A DNA stretch of 13,903 nucleotides from an uncultured cyanobacterium (lineage in GTDB: Bacteria; Cyanobacteriota; Cyanobacteriia; Leptolyngbyales; Leptolyngbyaceae): NCBI GenBank assembly GCA_963766075.1, contig CAVYAN010000109.1, positions 1-13,903 of the forward strand, in the 5' to 3' direction. The translations under genes were made by a program, and so were the position numbers. Below the pieces are notes generated by a model. The model was not told where the DNA came from and made no database searches. It saw only the letters and a list, made by a program, of their open reading frames with translations. This document shows positions 1 through 7,458 of the stretch, in pieces. Each line of letters opens with the position of its first letter. Position 1 is the stretch's first letter.

Positions 1-2
1 GC

Positions 3-608
3 TCCCAACTGCATTTCGAGGTGATCGCTAAAACTGCTGCCAAGTATGAGAAGTTGAGACACGGTTCAAAGCATAGCGAGGCTCTCATTGCATACATCCA
101 GAGTGAGGTCGGTAATTTTTTAGAGTTTCCTCGTAATGAACACTCTGAAATTTCTGAGGCAGTTGAAGTTTTGCAAGAGATTTCTGGAAAGCCTAGAAAA
201 TCTTTTGGACAGGGGTTCCAAAGTTCTCCTGAAGTAAGGCGAGTGATTGAACTTAGAGCTATGAACCTTGCAACGGAATATTTTCAGGAGCAAGGATGGT
301 TTGTTGAAGATACATCTCGATATGAATCATATGACTTGCGCTGTACTCGCTCTAAAGAGGAAGTCTACGTAGAAGTCAAAGGTACAACATCAGCAGGCTC
401 TAAAATTCTCATGACATATCAAGAGGTATTGCACACGAAAAAGAATTACCCAAATACAGCTCTTTTCGTTGTGAGTCAAATAAAGTTAAATAATTCTAAA
501 GAGGAGCTAGAAGCATTTGGCGGAGAGATAAAGTTATACATGCCTTGGTTGCTCAATGATGATGACTTAAAAGCGATCGCATATGAATATCAAGTGTCAG
601 CTACATAA
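3..608 (+). CDS. DUF3883 / NO VEIN C-terminal domain protein (PD-(D/E)xK-like putative nuclease), 5'-partial; probable integron gene cassette
   Basis: Motif IELRAMNLATEYFQEQGWFVEDTSRYESYDLRCTRSKEEVYVEVKGTT...MTYQEV matches the DUF3883 pattern (E..A...Y....GW.V.D.....YD........VEVKGT). The frame is open to the left window edge, the gene is more AT-rich than the core genes, and an attC site follows directly. Confidence 0.75.
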   Translation, partial: SQLHFEVIAKTAAKYEKLRHGSKHSEALIAYIQSEVGNFLEFPRNEHSEISEAVEVLQEISGKPRKSFGQGFQSSPEVRRVIELRAMNLATEYFQEQGWFVEDTSRYESYDLRCTRSKEEVYVEVKGTTSAGSKILMTYQEVLHTKKNYPNTALFVVSQIKLNNSKEELEAFGGEIKLYMPWLLNDDDLKAIAYEYQVSAT

Positions 609-612
609 CGCC

Positions 613-697
613 GTATAACAACGCTGTTGCAGCGGATTTTCGAGGGTTGCTGGTGGAATTACAAGATTTTGGCAACCGCTGAACAGCAACGTTATCC
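613..697 (+). mobile_element. attC: Integron attC recombination site
   Basis: R'' GTATAAC (613-619) lies 4 nt after the stop codon; R' is GTTATCC (691-697). Left arm ATAAC-AAC-GCTGTT-G-CAGCGG pairs with right arm CCGCTG-AACAGC-AAC-GTTAT, giving one extrahelical G in the L box and an unpaired AAC/AAC spacer. Confidence 0.8.
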
Positions 698-787
698 AGC
701 GCCACCGCTCAGTCTTACCAAGCCTGGATCAGCCCCGAAAACGATATTTATGACCAACTCTTTGCAGATGAACTGGCAGTGCGGTGA
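692..787 (+). pseudogene. C-terminal remnant of the antitoxin partner of the MazF-like toxin
   Basis: Reads LSSATAQSYQAWISPENDIYDQLFADELAVR*. The acidic W..PENDIYD tail resembles antitoxins upstream of PemK/MazF genes. It overlaps the toxin ATG at 768. There is no start codon and an in-frame TGA lies at 680-682 inside attC. Confidence 0.5.
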
Positions 788-1130
788 CGTTGTCCTCTGC
801 CGAGTGCTCATGCCCTCCACCCAACTCTAGCAATTCAAATTGCGTCCGGCTGTAATTGTTTCAGCCGACTCCATCAATCAAGTTTCAGACGACGTGATGG
901 TCGCTCCCGGCACCTCCAACACAAACCGTTCTCTGACCTCAACCCAATATCTCATCACCGGACCTGAAATCGCGATCGCTGGCATCCGAGTGGAATCGGT
1001 TATTCGGTGTGAGTCAATTTTCACCCTCAATCAACCCATGATCCTCAGAAAACTTGGCTCTTTGAGCATTGAAGCCCTGAACCCAGTGAATCGCTGTTTG
1101 ATCATAGCGCTCCAACTTTCTGTTGGGTAA
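768..1130 (+). pseudogene. mazF: PemK/MazF-family toxin with internal amber stop
   Basis: ATG 768 gives MNWQCGDVVLCRVLMPSTQL*QFKLRPAVIVS...DDVMVAPGTSN...SVIRCESIFTL...ILRKLGSLS in one frame. GDVV, KxRPAVIVS and the later motifs are MazF hallmarks; TAG at 828-830 interrupts it. Confidence 0.8.
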
Positions 1131-1657
1131 TATCCCACTACGGTTTTACCCCAAAAATGGGACCGCTATTGGAACTATTGAATTGATGATTGGGAATGCA
1201 ATCTCAACAGATCTGACGGATGGGTGAAGTGACAATTCGTCGCTAGTGATTTCGACAAAGCTAACAGTCTTGATCGCAGTGCGATCGCTGAAGCCCCTAG
1301 CAATCTCCTTCAAGAGGCTCAACGCAATTTGCAAGATTTTCTAAGGATTTTCCCTGGTCACGGATTCGCCCAGCAAATAGTCACACTCTTGGAAACTGGA
1401 ACTGAATCATAGCCCTGAAGTCAAAGCCCATGTCTACCACTAACCTCCAAGCTAGAGGCCAAATAAATTACTGGCGTACTTCTGCTGAAAACCGCTAGGG
1501 GTTAGGATTTGAAGCGACGGCCAGGGATGGAGAACCAAAAGATCGCGATCGCCCGTGATTAACACGTCAGCCGGAGCCGCGATCACAGTTGCTAAAATCT
1601 TGACATCGCTGCGATCGCGCAGTTGAGGAATTGCGATCGCGTTACAATTAAGTCATC

Positions 1658-1939
1658 ATGATTGCCTCCTTCGCCTGCAAACAGACTCAGGCCCTTTTCC
1701 AGAGAGGTTCCGTCCGCCGATTCCCGACTAATATTCAACGCATTGCCCAACGTAAACTCGCCATCCTGGATGCCGCCGAAACCCTAGATGACCTCCGAGT
1801 GCCTCCAGCCAACCGACTCGAAAAGTTAATCGGCGATCGCGACGATCAACACAGTATTCGCATCAACAATCAATAGCGCATCTGCTTTCAGTGGCAAGAC
1901 CACAACGCTCACGACGTCGAAATAGTTGACTGCCACTAA
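1658..1939 (+). pseudogene. higB: HigB (RelE/ParE superfamily, plasmid-maintenance killer) toxin with premature stop
   Basis: MIASFACKQTQALF...RKLAILDAA...DLRVPPANRLEKLIGDR..QHSIRINNQ*RICFQWQDHNAHDVEIVDCH*. The conserved QWRICF tryptophan is TAG (1874-1876) and the terminal DYH motif reads DCH. Confidence 0.88.
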
Positions 1940-1945
1940 TCCCCA

Positions 1946-2239
1946 ATGCAACCCTTACCTCCCGTTCATCCCGGCGAAATCCTCCTCGAAGAATTCCTGA
2001 TTTCCCTGGGCATTAATGTCGAGCGCCTCACCCAAGATATCCACCTCTCCACCGCACACCTGCAAGCCATCATCCAAGCCCAACAGCCCATCACCGCCGA
2101 CACGGCCCTCCGGCTCTCGCGGTACTTCAGCCTCTCCGAGCGCTTTTGGATGAACCTACAAGTTCAATACGATCTAGCTGTGCAAAAAGACACCCTCGCC
2201 GATCGCCTCATTCAAGACGTGAAAGTCTTGTCGCGCTAG
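1946..2239 (+). CDS. higA: HigA-family antitoxin (HTH-XRE)
   Basis: PVHPGEILLEEFL...ITADTALRLSRYF..SERFWMNLQVQYDL motifs; directly downstream of higB. Confidence 0.9.
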   Translation: MQPLPPVHPGEILLEEFLISLGINVERLTQDIHLSTAHLQAIIQAQQPITADTALRLSRYFSLSERFWMNLQVQYDLAVQKDTLADRLIQDVKVLSR

Positions 2240-2372
2240 ATGTTTTCAGGCTCTTTTCGGGACATCCGATCGCCCAGCCAATGGTAACACTGTTGGAAAA
2301 CTCAGATTAATCAGTAGAGGACATCCTAAACTACTAAAGGATATTACTGGTACAAGGTCAGCGTAGGGGCTT

Positions 2373-2580
2373 ATGGAGGCACAACCACGGGAATTAGTCT
2401 TATACGTCACAGCAGATAATGACTGCCCCTTTGCAGATTGGTTAGAAACTCTGCGAGACAGGCAAGCAAGAGCTAGAATCAAAAAACCTTATCCTTTTAT
2501 TCTGCGGCGGCGACAAAAGCACCCAGAATCAAGATATTCTTAGAGCAAAACAGTACTGGACTGATTTTCAAAAGAGGTAA
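2373..2580 (+). pseudogene. RelE-like putative addiction-module killer protein with internal deletion and frameshift
   Basis: N-terminus MEAQPRELVLYVTADNDCPFADWLETLRDRQARARIKK, then in the +1 frame LILLFCGGDKSTQNQDILRAKQYWTDFQKR*. The family's central GNxGD...ELRI..GPGYRVY segment is absent. Confidence 0.8.
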
Positions 2581-2581
2581 A

Positions 2582-2887
2582 ATGCCAACCCATAAGAGCT
2601 ACCATGCCTATCTAATCGAGTCCCTCAAAGATCCAGCCGAAGCGGCTGCCTACTTAGATGCCGTTTTAGAAGATGGCGATCGCGAATATATTTTGCTGGC
2701 ATTAAAAAATGTTGCAGAAGCTCGGAGAAGTCATCGGGTCCCTGCCAACGAAACAGATTCGGCTTGGGACTATTGCTACCAAACCCTCGCGCAAGGAAAG
2801 ACACCTGATTTTGTTTTGATCGCCACCCTCCTCAGCGAGCTAGGGCTGAAACTCTCGGTGACGGTCAAAGAAGTGCAAGCAGTCTGA
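2582..2887 (+). CDS. Putative addiction-module antidote protein (HTH)
   Basis: SYHAYLIESLKDPAEAAAYLDAVLEDGD...LLALKNVAEAR...LLSELGLKLSV is typical of antidotes paired with this killer family; starts 1 nt after the toxin stop. Confidence 0.8.
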   Translation: MPTHKSYHAYLIESLKDPAEAAAYLDAVLEDGDREYILLALKNVAEARRSHRVPANETDSAWDYCYQTLAQGKTPDFVLIATLLSELGLKLSVTVKEVQAV

Positions 2888-2916
2888 CCCAATTTCGACA
2901 AAATGTAGGCCAATTT

Positions 2917-2976
2917 CTAAAATCTTGATATCGTTGCGATCGCTGTAATTTCAACAATATCAACCACAACCTTCAT
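2917..2976 (-). pseudogene. Possible N-terminal stub of a PIN-family toxin
   Basis: MKVVVD followed by unrelated sequence and a stop after 19 aa; ATGA-type overlap (2976-2973) with the frame of the upstream small gene. Confidence 0.4.
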
Positions 2977-2984
2977 GATTGCGC

Positions 2985-3215
2985 CTAAAGTTCCTGACGC
3001 ACCTCATGCACCACTTGACTGATTTTCTCCAGCGACCGCTGATCAGCATCGGGAGGCAAATCCACCAGTTCTGCAAAGAACGCATTGAGATCCGGCTGAG
3101 GCGCACAAATTTTTTGGTCAAGCAATTGGCGTTCCTCTGGACTCAGCGCCAAGATGATCTGAGCCAACGCATCAATAAGCTTAAGGTTAGTTGCAGATTG
3201 AATCATAATCATCAA
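2985..3215 (-). CDS. Small hypothetical protein, likely antitoxin-like
   Basis: NLKLIDALAQIILALSPEERQLLDQKI...SLEKISQVVHEVRQEL resembles small cyanobacterial proteins found upstream of PIN toxins. It may originally have ended ELWAQS* (TAG at 2987-2985, TGA at 2975-2973). Confidence 0.55.
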   Translation of the reverse strand: MMIMIQSATNLKLIDALAQIILALSPEERQLLDQKICAPQPDLNAFFAELVDLPPDADQRSLEKISQVVHEVRQEL

Positions 3216-3304
3216 ACACGCGTTGATTGTATTGTAGAGCTATACCGCGATCGCCCAGCGGACGGTAGTGCTGTTGGCCACGTCGGATTGATGATGGGGA
3301 GTGG

Positions 3305-5509
3305 CTATAACAATGGCGTGAGTTGAATATAGGCGATCGTCCCTTGCCAAGGCAGGGTTTGGTGGAGCAACCGGACAAACCCCGCCCGGATCTGTTGCAC
3401 CTCTGCATCGGATAGGCCCAAGCGCATGGCATAGCTGGGCTGCGGAGAGGGTTGCGGGGCAAACCACCGCGCCAGCAACTCGGGAGTGAATGCGATCTCG
3501 GTGACGGTCGTCTCCACAGCCATATCAACGGTGAGTGGCAAATTGGCAAACAGTGCAGTCAAATCGGGAACATCCCAGTTGACCAATGGATCATCGGATT
3601 GAACATAGATCGCTTCTTCTGCCTTAACCAATTTTTTATAGAGCGTTGCACTAAGATCGTCTGGATTTAGCCATTGGTATAGGCGCTGCGTGCGCCGAGG
3701 AATTGACTCCGCCAGAATGAGTCTGCCTCCGGGCTGAAGCCATTGGAGCCACTGCTGGATGAACTGGGCTTTATCGGTTTGTCGCAGCAAAGCATTACGG
3801 CCTAGGATGTAATCAAACCGGAGGTCGAGACTGGACAGGCGATCGCCCAATTCTGCCAGGGGCGTCTGGACAACCTGGGGCCGATTTAATTCCGGTAAGG
3901 CCGACGCTTGTTCTGTCAACGCGATCGCATCGCTCTCCTGCCACACACAGGCATAAACGCCGCCCTCCGGCACACGCCGAATCGCCTCCCAGGTAAGTAA
4001 GCCACTGCCCGCATTCAGATCCAGAATGACGTGATGACGTTGGATCGCCGTGCGGGCAAACACCTGATCGCGCACCTGTCCCAACTGCTCCCCCGCCTGA
4101 CTGAGCGATCGCCGCAACCAACGCTCCTGGGCGGAATTCACTGGCCCAAAGGACAACATGGCCGGAACAGTGCCGCTGATGCCATCCACCAGCGCCGCTA
4201 ACTGGGCCTCTCGCTGCCGCGTCACTTGAGTTTGAATCTCAGCCTCGTGGCCCTGATCCGACGGTTGATAGAACACCTGCCCCTGCAAGCTGGCGGGCAA
4301 ATACTGCTGCTCTACCCAGTGCTCGCGATAGGAGTGGGGATAGAGATAGCCTGCGCCATGGCCAAACCCTTTTTTGTCGCGACTGGGATCCTTCAAATGA
4401 TTGGGGGTGTCGTCGGTTTTTTCCTGCTCTACAGCAGTCAGGGCATCGAAAAAGCCCATGACGCTATTAGATTTGGCGGTGGTGGCTAGGTAAAGCGTGG
4501 CCTGGGCCAGGGGATAGCGCCCCTCCGGCAGTCCCACTCGGTCAAAGGCCGCGGCACAGGCATTGACAACCACAATGGCTTGAGGATCGGCAAGGCCAAT
4601 ATCTTCACTGGCCAGGATCAGGAGTCGTCGAAAAATATAGCGGGGATCTTCTCCGGCGTAGATCATGCGGGCCAACCAATAAAGGGCGGCATCGGCATCG
4701 GACCCGCGCACACTTTTGATAAAGGCGCTGATGGTATCAAAGTGGGCATCGCCTTCTTTGTCGTAGAGGACGGCCCGCTGCTGGATTGATTCTTCGGCGA
4801 CGGCAAGGGTGATGTGGCGCACGCCTGCGGGATTGGGGGCAGTGGTTTCAACGGCGAGTTCTAGGGCATTCAGCAGGGCGCGGGCATCGCCGTTGGCAAT
4901 GTTGACGAGGTGCTCGCGGGCGTCGTCATCCAGGTGGATGGCCAGGTGGCCGTAGCCGCGATCGCCCGTGGTTAAGGCTTGCTGCACTACCCGGCGGAGG
5001 TCTTCGGCGTCCAGGGATTGCAGTTGGAACAGGCGCGATCGGCTGACGAGCGCTTTGTTCACTTCAAAGTAGGGGTTTTCTGTGGTGGCCCCGATCAAAA
5101 TGACGGTGCCGTTTTCCACCCAGGGCAGCAGGGCGTCTTGCTGGGCTTTGTTAAACCGATGCACTTCGTCAATAAATAGAATGGTGCGCTGGTGAGGACG
5201 GCGGCTCTGGGCGGTGGAGATCGCCTCCCGAATCTCCTTCACCCCAGACAGGACGGCATTGATGGCGATGAATTGGGCCTGGGTGGTGTTGGCAATAATC
5301 CGGGCCAGAGTGGTTTTACCAGTACCGGGTGGGCCATAGAAAATCAGCGATGACAGTTGATCGGCTTGGATGGCGCGGCGCAGTAACCGTCCCGGCCCGA
5401 CGATCGCATTTTGGCCGATAAATTCCTCCAGGGTGCGGGGTCGCATCCGGTCTGCGAGGGGGGCTTCGGAGGCGATGCGGTCTAAATGCTGCTGCTCAAA
5501 TAAATCCAT
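3305..5509 (-). CDS. rarA: Replication-associated recombination protein A (RarA/MgsA AAA+ ATPase) with C-terminal SAM-methyltransferase-like domain
   Basis: [18 protein letters not shown], Walker [10 protein letters not shown], Walker [64 protein letters not shown]; then [11 protein letters not shown] and LQPGGRLIL. Start placed at MDLFEQ (5509) rather than 5701. Confidence 0.92.
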   Translation of the reverse strand: MDLFEQQHLDRIASEAPLADRMRPRTLEEFIGQNAIVGPGRLLRRAIQADQLSSLIFYGPPGTGKTTLARIIANTTQAQFIAINAVLSGVKEIREAISTAQSRRPHQRTILFIDEVHRFNKAQQDALLPWVENGTVILIGATTENPYFEVNKALVSRSRLFQLQSLDAEDLRRVVQQALTTGDRGYGHLAIHLDDDAREHLVNIANGDARALLNALELAVETTAPNPAGVRHITLAVAEESIQQRAVLYDKEGDAHFDTISAFIKSVRGSDADAALYWLARMIYAGEDPRYIFRRLLILASEDIGLADPQAIVVVNACAAAFDRVGLPEGRYPLAQATLYLATTAKSNSVMGFFDALTAVEQEKTDDTPNHLKDPSRDKKGFGHGAGYLYPHSYREHWVEQQYLPASLQGQVFYQPSDQGHEAEIQTQVTRQREAQLAALVDGISGTVPAMLSFGPVNSAQERWLRRSLSQAGEQLGQVRDQVFARTAIQRHHVILDLNAGSGLLTWEAIRRVPEGGVYACVWQESDAIALTEQASALPELNRPQVVQTPLAELGDRLSSLDLRFDYILGRNALLRQTDKAQFIQQWLQWLQPGGRLILAESIPRRTQRLYQWLNPDDLSATLYKKLVKAEEAIYVQSDDPLVNWDVPDLTALFANLPLTVDMAVETTVTEIAFTPELLARWFAPQPSPQPSYAMRLGLSDAEVQQIRAGFVRLLHQTLPWQGTIAYIQLTPLL

Positions 5510-5714
5510 AGGGTTGGGGCTAATCAGCTTCCGATAGTAGCGTAGAAGCAGCCTTCTCGAAACAACGGGCAGAGGGGGAGCCGCGTAAAGCGAAACAAGG
5601 TGGATCATGGCTTCGACGGCGGGGGCTTGGCCGCTGAGGGTGATGTTGATCCAGTCGGAACTGTGAGCCGCTGGGTCGCGGCTCGGGGGTGTCATATTCA
5701 TGTTGGGTCTCCTT

Positions 5715-5768
5715 TTATTAATGCTTTATGCTGCCAGCCGATTATTAATGCTTTATGCTGCCAGCCGA
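5715..5768. repeat. Perfect 27-bp tandem duplication
   Basis: TTATTAATGCTTTATGCTGCCAGCCGA at 5715-5741 and 5742-5768. Confidence 0.95.
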
Positions 5769-6096
5769 CGATAGAGACGAATTCGAGGCGATCGATGAGT
5801 GTTGGTGGTTCGGCAAGCTCTGCCAAGACCTTGCCGAACTCAAAGGAAAATCCCTCTCTAATCGAGAAATTCAATGGTTACAAGGCTTACTGCTGGGCTA
5901 CACCCCCCAAGAAATCAATGAATTGACCTGCGGCAACAAAAATAGCAACGCCCTCCGCCCTGCCTTGGCCAGGGGGCTGTATCCCCTTCTCAAGCAGTTG
6001 ATTTACCAACGGACTGGCCAAGAGACTGAAATCAAGGGCGGCAGACTCTTAGTGGTCCTCGAAAAATTGGGCTATCGCAAAGCCTTGCTTAGTTGA
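5755..6096 (+). CDS. Small helix-turn-helix-like protein
   Basis: LSNREIQWLQGLLLGYTPQEINEL...LRPALARGLYPLLKQL resembles the HTH-like N-terminal module of cyanobacterial regulators and NTPases. Confidence 0.6.
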   Translation: MLPADDRDEFEAIDECWWFGKLCQDLAELKGKSLSNREIQWLQGLLLGYTPQEINELTCGNKNSNALRPALARGLYPLLKQLIYQRTGQETEIKGGRLLVVLEKLGYRKALLS

Positions 6097-6170
6097 GATT
6101 CACCTTGAGAGTCAACAGGGAAGGGCGACATGCCGGAAACCGGGACAGAGAGAGCGGCAACGCGTCAGTT

Positions 6171-6213
6171 GTATCAAGCAATACTGTTTCTATAGAGATA
6201 TCTCTGATATGAC
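6171..6213 (+). promoter_or_regulatory. NtcA binding site with downstream -10-like element (class II NtcA-activated promoter)
   Basis: GTA-TCAAGCAA-TAC (GTA-N8-TAC, 6171-6184, preceded by T), then 23 nt to TATGAC (6208-6213) with TG at 6205-6206; upstream of a nitrogen-related operon. Confidence 0.65.
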
Positions 6214-6265
6214 TACTAGGACGTTTGAAGCCGTCCGATGGATGCGATTTCAGGCCGTAAAATTT

Positions 6266-6388
6266 ATCGCCCCTAGGGTTCCGGTTCGGCTGTTGGGCGA
6301 ATGACTGGTCCGAGAGGGGCAAGCTGTAACGGTTTTTGCAGGATTGGCCAGACCGGCAGTTACACGGCGGGATAAAAGCCCGGGAGAG
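6266..6388 (+). ncRNA. Guanidine-I riboswitch (ykkC-yxkD leader)
   Basis: GCCCCTAGGGTTCCG (6269-6283) ... CTGGTCCGAGAGGGGC (6305-6320) form P1; TGTAAC/GTTACA close P2; the signature ACACGGCGGGATAAAAGCCCGGGAG (6362-6386) forms P3 and the 3' tail. Confidence 0.93.
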
Positions 6389-6430
6389 ACGTTGTTTGCG
6401 ATCGCAGATGGCCTCTTTCTCGGGCTTTTA
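6373..6430 (+). terminator. Riboswitch expression platform: alternative hairpin, probable terminator competing with aptamer P3
   Basis: TAAAAGCCCGGGAGAGA (6373-6389) is complementary, with G-U pairs, to TCTTTCTCGGGCTTTTA (6414-6430); short U run at the base. Confidence 0.6.
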
Positions 6431-6567
6431 ACGTTCGTCACTACAGGTCCTTTTGGGAGGTTAAGCTGATGACGGATAAGTCTTTCTATTCGGGGGAGGC
6501 TTAGATCTAGTGGGTGCAGCGTCGCATTAATGACAACTCGTTTTGGTATTCCCTGGTATTCCCGATA

Positions 6568-7368
6568 ATGATAGAGTCCGCCAACACCATTCAGCAGCAA
6601 ACCGCGATCGCCAAGCTATCCGTCCAGAACGTCGGCAAGTCCTACAAAATGCGGGATAACGCCGTCACAGTATTAGAGAATGTCACGCTCCACATTCACG
6701 CCCGTGAGCTGATCTGCTTAGTAGGCTCCTCGGGCTGTGGTAAATCCACTCTCCTCAACATCATTGCGGGCTTAATCGCCCCATCCACAGGAGAAGTCTA
6801 CGTCGATGGGCAACAGGTGACGGGCCGCCCCGGCTCTGATCGCGGCATGGTCTTCCAAGGCTACACCCTCTATCCTTGGCTTACCGTAGCGCAGAATGTT
6901 GGGTTTGGCCTCCAGTTGCGCAACGTACCCAAGGCAGAACAACGGCAGCAAGTTGAGTACTTTCTAGAGGTGGTGGGGCTAACGCAGTTTGCGCGGGCCT
7001 ATCCCAAACAGCTATCCGGTGGCATGAAGCAACGGGTGGCGATCGCCCGCGCCCTCGCCAACGAACCCGCCCTGCTGCTCATGGATGAGCCCTTTGGAGC
7101 CCTGGACGCCCAGACCAAAGAGCAAATGCAACAGTTTTTGTTGGAATTGTGGGAGAAAACCCATGTCACGATTTTGATGATTACCCACGATGTTGAAGAA
7201 GCAATTTACCTATCCCAACGGGTCTATGTAATGCAATCACGGCCTGGACGAATTCATCAAGAAGTAAGTGTGAACTTACCCACCCACCGAAATTTAGCTA
7301 TTAAACTAGCGAATGAGTTTGTCCAGATCAAACGTCAAGTCCTAGAGGCTCTGTGGGATCAGTCTTGA
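6568..7368 (+). CDS. ABC transporter ATP-binding protein, NitT/TauT (NrtD/SsuB-like) family
   Basis: GSSGCGKST, MVFQGYTLYPWLTV, LSGGMKQRVAIARAL, LLLMDEPFGALDAQT, ITHDVEEA. ATG 6568 preferred over GTG 6514. Confidence 0.93.
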   Translation: MIESANTIQQQTAIAKLSVQNVGKSYKMRDNAVTVLENVTLHIHARELICLVGSSGCGKSTLLNIIAGLIAPSTGEVYVDGQQVTGRPGSDRGMVFQGYTLYPWLTVAQNVGFGLQLRNVPKAEQRQQVEYFLEVVGLTQFARAYPKQLSGGMKQRVAIARALANEPALLLMDEPFGALDAQTKEQMQQFLLELWEKTHVTILMITHDVEEAIYLSQRVYVMQSRPGRIHQEVSVNLPTHRNLAIKLANEFVQIKRQVLEALWDQS

Positions 7369-7458
7369 TACTGCTGCCCCGATTTTCTCTGGATTACGCC
7401 TTGATTGATCACCCATCAGATTTGTTCCCTAATTTATTACCTATCGGATGCCCCATCC

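Noticed and set aside
627..830. 67-aa ORF from the track
   Set aside because: It runs through attC and into the 5' part of the broken mazF; not an independent gene.
1146..1334. 62-aa minus-strand ORF
   Set aside because: No recognisable motif; overlaps repeat-containing intergenic DNA.
2246..2482. 78-aa minus-strand ORF
   Set aside because: Antisense to the RelE-like pseudogene and its upstream region.
828..2987. Three in-frame TAG stops (828, 1874, 2987) suggesting amber recoding or read-through
   Set aside because: Each is one transition from CAG or TGG, intact genes here (higA, rarA) end in TAG, and neighbouring toxins are broken by deletions. Ordinary decay explains it.
5715..5768. Possible CRISPR repeat
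   Set aside because: Two directly abutting copies, no spacer, no cas genes.
2979..5926. Short alternative-frame or antisense ORFs over the 76-aa gene and rarA
   Set aside because: Shadows of real genes with no motifs.
6266..6388. ykkC subtype 2 riboswitch (ppGpp, PRPP or nucleoside diphosphate)
   Set aside because: The 3' end CGGCGGGATAAAAGCCCGGGAG matches the guanidine-I type and the downstream genes are not purine or branched-chain amino acid genes; a ligand variant cannot be excluded without assay.
6089..6600. Minus-strand ORFs of 77 and 116 aa
   Set aside because: They overlap the NtcA promoter and riboswitch, which explain the region better.
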